Source: Acaryochloridaceae cyanobacterium VAR_48_metabat_390 (GTDB taxonomy: Bacteria; Cyanobacteriota; Cyanobacteriia; Thermosynechococcales; Thermosynechococcaceae). Taken from it: a stretch of 33,965 nucleotides of DNA. Shown here in pieces: positions 26,554 to 33,965 of this stretch (its first letter is position 1; each line of letters opens with the position of its first letter). Location of the stretch: contig JANPLU010000026.1 of assembly GCA_031422435.1 (NCBI GenBank), positions 1 to 33,965 on the forward strand, read 5' to 3'. The translations under genes were made by a program, and so were the position numbers. The notes beneath the pieces are model-generated. The model was not told the DNA's origin. It was given only the letters and a program-made list of their open reading frames with translations, and did not search any database.

Positions 26554-28986
26554 TTAATAAGGCCACTTCCAATTGACAATTTCGGCTGGATCAGTCCCAT
26601 GCTCATTGGCATAGTTACGGCACTCAATCTGCTGATTCTTAAAATGCTCCTTGGCGTGGGCACCTGCCACCTTCAGTTTGGGCACGCGGTCAATCACATC
26701 CATTGCCAGACTAAAGCGATCGACTTGGTTAATAATGGCAAGCTCGAGAGGCGTATTGATATTGCCCTTCTCTTTGTAGCCACGGACGTGCAGATTGCGG
26801 TGATTGGTGCGCCGATAGGTTAGGCGGTGGATCAGCCAAGGATAGCCGTGAAAGTTAAAAATAATCGGCTTATCTAGGGTAAATAAAGAGTCAAAATCTC
26901 GGTCAGAAAGTCCGTGGGGATGCTCCGTATCTGGCTGGAGTGCAAGCAGATCCACGACATTAATAAACCGAAGCTTGAGATCGCTAAACTGCTCCCGCAG
27001 GAGTACGGTTGCCGCCAAAGCTTCCTGGGTCAAGACATCCCCAGCGCAGGCCATCACCACATCCGGTTCTTGACCTTCATCGGTGCTAGCCCAATCCCAA
27101 ATGCCTAACCCCTTGGTGCAGTGCTGGATGGCGCTTGCCATATCCAGGTACTGGAGGTGAACCTGTTTGTCAGAGACGATGACATTAACGTAATCGGTGC
27201 TGCGAAGGCAGTGATCCGCCACCGAAAGAAGCGTATTAGCATCCGGCGGAAGATATACCCGAACCACGTCTGGGCTTTTGTTGAGAACTACATCTAAAAA
27301 GCCAGGGTCTTGGTGGGTAAAGCCATTATGATCTTGCCGCCAGACGGTAGAGGTAATCAGCAGATTGAGAGACGCAATAAAAGAGCGCCAAGCAATGTGA
27401 CTGGAGATTTCTAACCATTTACAGTGCTGGTTGATCATGGAGTCAATCACATGAACAAAGGCTTCGTAGGTCGAAAAGAAGCCGTGGCGACCCGTCAAGA
27501 GGTAGCCTTCGAGCCAGCCTTCTAGGGTATGCTCACTCAGCATTTCCATGACGCGACCATCGGTGGTCAGTTCGCTGCCGTCCGCATCTTCAGGAAGGTA
27601 TGCTGCCATCCAGACTTTTTTGCTGACTTCGTAAACAGCCTGGAGCTTATTAGAAGCAGTTTCGTCAGGACCAAATACCCGAAAGTTGCTCATGTTGTTG
27701 CGCATAATGTCGCGCAAGAAATTGCCTAGGGGCAGGGTGTTGCCTACTTCTACGGTACCTGGTGTTGCAACTTCAACGCCATAGTCTCGAAAGTCTGGCA
27801 TCTTTAGCGCTTTGCGGAGTACCCCGCCGTTGGCGTGGGGGTTGGCACTCATGCGGCGATCGCCCCTAGGAGCCAGCTCCCTCAGTTCTGGAATTAGCCG
27901 ACCTGTTTCGTCAAACAGCTCCTCTGGTTTATAGCTGCGCATCCAGTCTTCTAAGAGCTGGAGATGGGTGGGATTGGTTTGGATGTTAGCAATAGGGACT
28001 TGGTGCGATCGCCAAAACCCCTCAACTTTATGACCATCCACTTCCTTAGGCCCTGTCCATCCCTTCGGACTCCGCAGAATAATCATTGGCCAATGCGGGA
28101 GGCTGACAACGCCGCTGCTTCGTGCCTCGGCCTGAATCTGCTTGATTTCGTTCATGCAGTGCTCTAAAGTTGCCGCCATTGCCTGGTGCATACTTTCTGG
28201 GTCAGAGCCTTCCACAAAGTAGGGCGTGTAGCCATAGCCCTTAAATAGACTTTCGAGATCATCATGGCTAATGCGAGCGAGCAGCGTTGGGTTATTGATC
28301 TTGTAGCCATTAAGATGCAGAATGGGCAGCACTGCGCCATCTCTGATGGGGTTAAGGAATTTATTAGAGTGCCACGCCGTTGCCAATGGCCCTGTTTCAG
28401 CTTCTCCATCCCCAACCATCACAACAGAAATTAGATCGGGATTGTCAAAAACCGTGCCGTAAGCGTGGGAGACGCTGTAGCCCAGCTCGCCCCCTTCATG
28501 GATAGAGCCAGGCGTTTCTGGCGTACAGTGGCTGCCAATGCCCCCTGGAAAAGAAAACTGCTTAAAGAAATGCTTTAGACCTACTTCGTCTTCGCTTTTG
28601 TCGGGGTAAACCTCAGAGTAGGTGCCTTCTAGATAAACGGGACCCAAAATGCCTGGTGCGCCATGACCAGGCCCCGCTAGAAAGATCAGATTCAGGTCGT
28701 ATTTTTTAATGAGTCGATTGAGGTGAATGTAGGTAAAAGACATGCCAGGGCTAGAACCCCAGTGTCCCAAGAGTCGGCTTTTGATGTGTTCTGGCTGGAG
28801 CGGTGCTTTTAGGAGTGGATTTTCTCGTAGATAAATCATCCCTACAGCAAGGTAGTTACAGGCGTTCCAGTAGGCATGGGTTTTAGAGAGTTCTTCTGTG
28901 CTGAGTGGACTGCCTGCTATGGTTGACCGAGCTTTCCCAGATGCGCTGATGTCTGAAAATGTTGGAGTTAAAGGAGTGAAAACCAT
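26554..28986 (-). CDS. xfp: Phosphoketolase (xylulose-5-P/fructose-6-P)
   Basis: [35 protein letters not shown] motif, [15 protein letters not shown]. Confidence 0.95.
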   Translation of the reverse strand: MVFTPLTPTFSDISASGKARSTIAGSPLSTEELSKTHAYWNACNYLAVGMIYLRENPLLKAPLQPEHIKSRLLGHWGSSPGMSFTYIHLNRLIKKYDLNLIFLAGPGHGAPGILGPVYLEGTYSEVYPDKSEDEVGLKHFFKQFSFPGGIGSHCTPETPGSIHEGGELGYSVSHAYGTVFDNPDLISVVMVGDGEAETGPLATAWHSNKFLNPIRDGAVLPILHLNGYKINNPTLLARISHDDLESLFKGYGYTPYFVEGSDPESMHQAMAATLEHCMNEIKQIQAEARSSGVVSLPHWPMIILRSPKGWTGPKEVDGHKVEGFWRSHQVPIANIQTNPTHLQLLEDWMRSYKPEELFDETGRLIPELRELAPRGDRRMSANPHANGGVLRKALKMPDFRDYGVEVATPGTVEVGNTLPLGNFLRDIMRNNMSNFRVFGPDETASNKLQAVYEVSKKVWMAAYLPEDADGSELTTDGRVMEMLSEHTLEGWLEGYLLTGRHGFFSTYEAFVHVIDSMINQHCKWLEISSHIAWRSFIASLNLLITSTVWRQDHNGFTHQDPGFLDVVLNKSPDVVRVYLPPDANTLLSVADHCLRSTDYVNVIVSDKQVHLQYLDMASAIQHCTKGLGIWDWASTDEGQEPDVVMACAGDVLTQEALAATVLLREQFSDLKLRFINVVDLLALQPDTEHPHGLSDRDFDSLFTLDKPIIFNFHGYPWLIHRLTYRRTNHRNLHVRGYKEKGNINTPLELAIINQVDRFSLAMDVIDRVPKLKVAGAHAKEHFKNQQIECRNYANEHGTDPAEIVNWKWPY

Positions 28987-29390
28987 AACTTAATATCCTG
29001 CGTGAGGTTAGCTGCACCACTGGAAGTGGTTTCTTTGTCTCCCATCTGGATTGGGTCGGATTTGAGTTAAGGGTTTGGGATAGGGATTAGTGCTTCTGGT
29101 TCTACTCTAGGGGTTGTGACCTTAAACGGATAGGCCTTTTGGATGAATCTTGGCAGCCTCTAAAATATAGGCATTCTTAGGACAATTGTGACTAGAAAAG
29201 ATGTTCTCTTGGATAATCTGCCAAACACTACGATCCCCTCCGTGAGGGGGGCAATAAACGCATTGCTTTCTTCGCGGGTGTTACCGAAGAGAAGAAGCGA
29301 TTAAAACTTTAAACTTGCGGACTAATACTCAAGTCGAAATGAAAAAGCACCTCCAAATAAATACCCCCATGGGGGATAGGGCGTGTTATG

Positions 29391-29408
29391 TTTACATAGG
29401 TACACAAA
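29391..29408 (+). promoter_or_regulatory. HLR1-like direct repeat (putative RpaB site) overlapping an extended -10
   Basis: TTTACATA-gg-TACACAAA versus HLR1 (G/T)TTACA(T/A)(T/A)-N2 repeat; TGtTATGTT at 29384-29392. Confidence 0.45.
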
Positions 29409-29461
29409 GACTTAATACTACTTTGTCAGCACTTACCTCACTCCCCCTCCATTCTGCCAAC

Positions 29462-30175
29462 ATGCAGACCCAAACCTTAGAGACACTTGCAAATCAAGCG
29501 ATTGGTCAAGGTGATCGCCTGAGCTGGCGTTTCTTCAGCCTTGCGGCGTTTCTGGTTTCCATTCCGGTGTTTATTCAGGCTCCACTGGTGCGCCAATGGC
29601 CTTGGGTAAGTTTGGTGTTAACGTTGGGCTGGATCATCCTAGGCTACGGCCTTTACCGCAAGCCTAAGACTGCCATTTACGGTGATTTGGTGCTGGGCTT
29701 TACCTGGAGCTGGTTTGCAGGGTCAATTTATTGGGGATGGTTCCGATGGGAACCATTCATTCATCTACCGATCGAGTCTATTGGTGTTCCTTTTGCCATC
29801 TGGGCGCTGTTGCGTCAGCGCTATGTAGTTGGGACACTTTTTTACCTCGGTTCTTTGTGGGGAACCGCTGTTACGGACGGCTATTTCTATTTGTTGGGTC
29901 TAATTCCTTACTGGCGTCAGGTGATGCAGGTAGAGGTTCAAGAGTCTTTGCCCATTTTACAAACTGCGCTAGGTCAAATTCAAAATGCTAGCGGTGCGTT
30001 CTGGGCGGGTGCTTTAGTGCTAATTTTAGTCGTCACGGGTTTACTGCCGCTTCTCATAAGTTCCGAAGTGCGGCGCGGGTACTACCATACCGTCCACTGG
30101 TGGGCATTTATGGGAGCAGTGCTAAGTACGCTTTTGGTGGACGGCCTATTTTGGGCGGCCATACGCTTTGCCTAA
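29462..30175 (+). CDS. DUF3120 family cyanobacterial membrane protein
   Basis: AAFLVSIPVFIQAPLVR, GSIYWGWFRWEP, FYLGSLWGTAVTD motifs; start uncertain (29423 TTG or 29462 ATG). Confidence 0.8.
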   Translation: MQTQTLETLANQAIGQGDRLSWRFFSLAAFLVSIPVFIQAPLVRQWPWVSLVLTLGWIILGYGLYRKPKTAIYGDLVLGFTWSWFAGSIYWGWFRWEPFIHLPIESIGVPFAIWALLRQRYVVGTLFYLGSLWGTAVTDGYFYLLGLIPYWRQVMQVEVQESLPILQTALGQIQNASGAFWAGALVLILVVTGLLPLLISSEVRRGYYHTVHWWAFMGAVLSTLLVDGLFWAAIRFA

Positions 30176-30197
30176 AGCGTGTTGAATCGAAGGTGCC

Positions 30198-30800
30198 GTG
30201 ATAGACAGCTCGGATATCTCAACAGTTAAAAAAACGCTGCGGAAGCACCTTCTAAGGCAGCGTATGGCTTTAACACCTGAAGACTGGCGTGTTAAAAGCG
30301 AGTCAGTTTGTCGAAATTTAGCTCAATTCGAGTGGGTGCAGAATGCTCAAACAATTCTGGTTTACTTGAGCGATCGCCAAGAACCTAGCCTTACAAATCT
30401 CTGGTCGCATCACTTTCCCCACAAACGCTGGGGCATTCCACGGTGTGTGGAAAAAAGTTTAATTTGGCATGAGTGGCAGCCGAATCAGCCAAATCAGCTT
30501 CAGCCTGGAGCCTATGGAATTCTGGAGCCTGTCTCTACACTGCCTGTGCTAAGAACAGATAATGCGAACCTGATCCTGGTGCCTGCGGTGGGATGCGATC
30601 GCAAGGGATTCCGGTTAGGCTACGGTGGCGGTTTCTATGATCGACTTTTCAGTGATTCAGCTTGGGCTAGCCTTCCCACCATTGGAATTGTGTTTGAGTT
30701 TGCATACCTAGATCAGCTTGCGCCTGACCCCTGGGATTACCCGCTAGGAGCAGTCTGCACAGAAATGGGTGTTACCTTAAGTCTCCAAGAAGGTCATTAG
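30198..30800 (+). CDS. 5-formyltetrahydrofolate cyclo-ligase
   Basis: GAYGILEP, LILVPAVGCDRKGFRLGYGGGFYDR, DPWD..TE motifs. Confidence 0.92.
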   Translation: MIDSSDISTVKKTLRKHLLRQRMALTPEDWRVKSESVCRNLAQFEWVQNAQTILVYLSDRQEPSLTNLWSHHFPHKRWGIPRCVEKSLIWHEWQPNQPNQLQPGAYGILEPVSTLPVLRTDNANLILVPAVGCDRKGFRLGYGGGFYDRLFSDSAWASLPTIGIVFEFAYLDQLAPDPWDYPLGAVCTEMGVTLSLQEGH

Positions 30801-30810
30801 GTCTTTTCTC

Positions 30811-31869
30811 TTACCCTTGATCTCTCCCCACTATTAAGGGCGTCTGTCTTAAGTTTGTTAAAGCTGCATTTCCTGTGCAAAGTAAAACGGTTTTTAGCTC
30901 TGCTAGCAAGACCTCTATTAGCTCATACAAAGCTTCTTCAGAATGATGGGCTGCGGTCAAAAACGGATAGGCCATTCCTGCTAAGTCAGCACCCAGAGCG
31001 ATCGCAGTTGCCACATCCAGTCCCGTCCGTAAGCCCCCTGAAGCAATCAGCGGAATCTTAGCGTCCACTGCGCGCACCTCCAAAATGCATTCAGCCGTGG
31101 AAAGACCCCACTCCGCAAAGGTTTGTCCCAGACGGCTTTGCTGCACATCTGTGGCGCGCTCTCCTTCCACCTTGGCCCAGGAGGTTCCCCCTGCCCCCGC
31201 AACGTCAATCGCTGAAATGCCAGCCTCAATGAGCCGTTGAGCCATTGCGCCAGAGATGCCGTTACCCACTTCTTTGGCAATCACGGGGATAGACAAATGC
31301 TGACACAGCGCCTCAATTTTGGGGAGCAAGCCTTTAAAATTGCGATCGCCACTACTCTGCACACATTCTTGGAGCGGGTTAAGGTGCAGAATGAGGACGT
31401 TTGCCTCCAGGCTGTCCACAATTCGACGGCACTCATCCACGCCACAGCCATAGTTGAGCTGAACCGCCCCTAGGTTCGCCATCAAAAAAATATCGGGGGC
31501 GAAAGAGCGTACGGCAAAGGTAGGGCAAAGGTGGGGCTGCTCTAGGGCAATGCGCTGAGAACCAACCCCCATTGGGATTTTGTAGTGCTGGGCAACCTTT
31601 GCAAGGCGAGTGTTAATAAGCTTGGCTAAATCGGTACCGCCCGTCATCGAAGAGATTAATAAAGGCGCACCCAGGGTATGGCCTAAAAACTGAGTCTGGA
31701 GATCGATCTCATCGTAGTCTAGCTCTGGCAAGCAGCAGTGCTTAAAACGATAGCGCTCTAAACCACTCGTGATAATTTTGCACTGAACCGAGTCGTCCAG
31801 ACAAATCCGAAGGTGATCGGCCTTGCGTACCTGAATATTTTCTTCAACATCATTGAAAGAGACCGTCAC
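30811..31869 (-). CDS. fni: Type 2 (FMN-dependent) isopentenyl-diphosphate delta-isomerase
   Basis: [45 protein letters not shown]. Confidence 0.95.
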   Translation of the reverse strand: MTVSFNDVEENIQVRKADHLRICLDDSVQCKIITSGLERYRFKHCCLPELDYDEIDLQTQFLGHTLGAPLLISSMTGGTDLAKLINTRLAKVAQHYKIPMGVGSQRIALEQPHLCPTFAVRSFAPDIFLMANLGAVQLNYGCGVDECRRIVDSLEANVLILHLNPLQECVQSSGDRNFKGLLPKIEALCQHLSIPVIAKEVGNGISGAMAQRLIEAGISAIDVAGAGGTSWAKVEGERATDVQQSRLGQTFAEWGLSTAECILEVRAVDAKIPLIASGGLRTGLDVATAIALGADLAGMAYPFLTAAHHSEEALYELIEVLLAELKTVLLCTGNAALTNLRQTPLIVGRDQG

Positions 31870-31952
31870 TGCTTTAACCCCAACCGAGTGAAATGGAGCC
31901 CATATAATTGCTAAAGGGTTTACTTAGTAGTGTAGTCAGGGTTTTGGCTTTT

Positions 31953-33416
31953 GTGCATCCATTAAATACCCCCATCACAGATGCCTTAACAGCAGCTTCC
32001 CAGGCTGACACCGCTTTATTCTGTACGCCAGGGCATAAGCGAGGGCAAAGCATCCCCTCTTCAGCGCTGCGCTTGATGGGCGACCAAGCCTACCGCATGG
32101 ATTTACCAGATCTACCAGGGTTCAATCTATTTGAACCGGATGGATTTATAGCGGCGGCTCAAGCCCAAGCCGCCAAGACGTTTGGTGCAGAACAAACCTG
32201 GTTTCTGGTCAATGGCTCAACCGTGGGGGTTATGGCCTCCATCTTGGCAACCTGTGGACCAGGTGACAAAATTATTCTGCCTCGGAATGTTCACGCCTCC
32301 GCCATCTCTGGTCTCATTCTCTCCGGTGCCCATCCGGTTTTTATTTACCCTGAGTACGATCCTCAATGGGATTTAGCCCACTGTATTACGCCTCATGCCG
32401 TTGCCCAAGCGCTGAAGCATTATCCCGAAGCCAAGGCCGTTTTGATGGTGTCCCCTACCTATCATGGCGTGGCGGGAGATGTGGCGGCGATCGCCCAACT
32501 TGCCCATCAGCACGGCATTCCTCTCATTGTAGATGAGGCTCATGGCGCTCATTTTGGGTTTCACCCTGACCTACCTCCATCGGCGTTGTCCTTGGGGGCA
32601 GACTTAGTGGTGCAGTCTACCCACAAAACCCTTTCTGCGCTTACTCAGGCATCTATGCTGCACCAGCGCAGCGCTATCGTGAACGCGGCACGGGTGAGTA
32701 GCGCACTTCAAATGCTTCAGTCTAGTAGCCCCAGCAATCTGCTGCTGGCCTCGCTAGAAGGGGTGTGCCATCAGATGTTGACAGATGGTCATCAACGCTT
32801 GACGCAGACCTTAGCACTTGCCCATGAGGCCAGAAAGAACGTTGCAGCCGTCACGGGGCTTAAGGTTCTCCAGCATCCGCAGTACTCCACCCCAGGCTTT
32901 TGCAATCTTGATAGCACTCGCCTGACCGTAGATGTGAGTGGGTTAGGGCTAGATGGGTTTACCGCTGATGAGATTTGTACAGCGCAGTTTGGCGTCATTG
33001 CTGAGCTGCCCACCTTTCGCCATCTGACCTTTTTGTTGAGCTTAGGCAATACATCTGAAGATTTAGAGCGGTTATGCTATGCCCTAGCCCATTTAGGCCA
33101 GCACTTACCGTCGACCCAATCCTCCGCAGATCTGACTGCGGAGCTGCAGCTCAAACCAACTTTACCAAGCTGCCCTACCCTGTCGCCGCGCGATGCATAT
33201 TTTGCCCCGCGTCTAACGATGCCGATTGTCCAGGCGGTTGGTCACATTAGTGCAGAAACGTTATGTCCTTACCCTCCAGGTATTGCCATCACGTTGCCAG
33301 GGGAAGTGATCACCGCAGAGGCGATCGCCTCTCTTCAGCAAACCCAAGCTGTAGGGGGTCTCATTACAGGCTGTACAGACTCGACGCTGCAGCAGATCCA
33401 GGTGGTGCAACAGTAA
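31953..33416 (+). CDS. PLP-dependent lysine/arginine/ornithine decarboxylase (AAT fold, wingless)
   Basis: TPGHKRG, FLVNGST, PRNVHAS, VDEAHGAH, QSTHKTL (PLP Lys), PYPPGI; likely GTG start 31953. Confidence 0.9.
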   Translation: MHPLNTPITDALTAASQADTALFCTPGHKRGQSIPSSALRLMGDQAYRMDLPDLPGFNLFEPDGFIAAAQAQAAKTFGAEQTWFLVNGSTVGVMASILATCGPGDKIILPRNVHASAISGLILSGAHPVFIYPEYDPQWDLAHCITPHAVAQALKHYPEAKAVLMVSPTYHGVAGDVAAIAQLAHQHGIPLIVDEAHGAHFGFHPDLPPSALSLGADLVVQSTHKTLSALTQASMLHQRSAIVNAARVSSALQMLQSSSPSNLLLASLEGVCHQMLTDGHQRLTQTLALAHEARKNVAAVTGLKVLQHPQYSTPGFCNLDSTRLTVDVSGLGLDGFTADEICTAQFGVIAELPTFRHLTFLLSLGNTSEDLERLCYALAHLGQHLPSTQSSADLTAELQLKPTLPSCPTLSPRDAYFAPRLTMPIVQAVGHISAETLCPYPPGIAITLPGEVITAEAIASLQQTQAVGGLITGCTDSTLQQIQVVQQ

Positions 33417-33437
33417 ATGACGGAGCCAAAACTAAAA

Positions 33438-33965
33438 TTATGGATTGGAGAAAACAAAGTGACGTGTCGTGTCAACGCTCATCCATCCCTCGTTTCTAAA
33501 TTCTCTAAGGAGTCGCGTAACCGTGACTCGGGTGGTACCAATCAAGCCTGCAATTTGCTGATGGGTCAAACGGACGCTTAACCGAATGCCTTGAGGGGTA
33601 ACTTGGCCTATTTCTTGGCGCAGTAAATCCAAAAGCTGACGCAGCCGATCGTCTACGCGGCGATACCCTGCGATCGCCAGTAGCGTTTCGGTTTGCTGTA
33701 GCCTGCGCATTAGCTCTCGAAACAGGCTTTGAGCCAGTCGAGGGGACTGCTCTATTTCCATAATGTGTACTCGCATCAGGACAACATCCGTTAAGGCGAT
33801 CGCCTCATAGGGGATGAGCTGCGAGAAAGGCATCCCAAAAGGCATAGAGGGGCAGATCAGTCCTAGAATCCCTTCATCGCCGTTAGGATAGAGCGTACTG
33901 AGCTGAACAACTCCGCGACACACAATAAAAACTTCGTGAGGCTGCATTGCGATGAATTGACCGCT
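33438..33965 (-). CDS. Crp/Fnr family transcriptional regulator (5'-truncated by window end)
   Basis: Frame is open to the window edge (SGQFIAMQPHEVFIVCRGVVQL); HTH LTHQQIAGLIGTTRVTVTRLL. Confidence 0.88.
   Translation of the reverse strand, partial: SGQFIAMQPHEVFIVCRGVVQLSTLYPNGDEGILGLICPSMPFGMPFSQLIPYEAIALTDVVLMRVHIMEIEQSPRLAQSLFRELMRRLQQTETLLAIAGYRRVDDRLRQLLDLLRQEIGQVTPQGIRLSVRLTHQQIAGLIGTTRVTVTRLLREFRNEGWMSVDTTRHFVFSNP

Larger units (their letters stand above)
717..33802. repeat. HIP1 octamer GCGATCGC dispersed through the window (about 38 copies counted by eye)
   Basis: e.g. 843, 12522, 19811, 24638; far above the <1 copy expected by chance; cyanobacterial hallmark. Confidence 0.9.

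Noticed and set aside
21009..29120. Exact 12-mer AGGGGTTGTGAC at 21009 and 29109 as a possible att site or target duplication
   Set aside because: Many 12-mer pairs are expected by chance in 34 kb; the boundaries would split the pilus operon; no recombinase present
30176..30197. 6S RNA upstream of the 5-formyl-THF cyclo-ligase, as in many bacteria
   Set aside because: Only 22 bp separate it from DUF3120
1..33965. CRISPR arrays, tRNA/rRNA genes, IS elements
   Set aside because: No repeat-spacer periodicity, cloverleaf or rRNA signature, or transposase ORF seen

Overview
Cyanobacterial chromosomal window: psaK, Fd-GOGAT and about 38 HIP1 GCGATCGC octamers (counted by eye). Both flanks are mostly housekeeping. 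The left carries a partial phytol-kinase-like gene, ddl, a VapBC-type toxin-antitoxin pair, TetR, psaK, a Zn/Mn ABC importer, glsF, a PAS-GGDEF protein, an atypical SDR and a lambda-type muramidase. The right carries xpk-ackA, DUF3120, 5-formyl-THF cyclo-ligase, fni, a PLP amino-acid decarboxylase and a partial Crp/Fnr regulator. The centre (13.8-25.2 kb) is the notable part. A signalling block (RcaC-like REC-wHTH-Hpt-REC-REC regulator, Rre1/Ycf29-like regulator, REC-GAF-HisKA_3 kinase, NarL regulator) lies directly upstream of a complete four-gene chaperone-usher pilus operon: two paralogous pilins, a PapD-like chaperone and an usher. The pilin promoter carries two TCAGG-N5-CCTGA palindromes next to a sigma70-type -35/-10. 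The first pilin has no cysteines and has a putative donor strand. The second lacks that extension and may be a single-domain tip subunit; no two-domain adhesin gene is present. All calls come from reading motifs by eye; no database searches were run.
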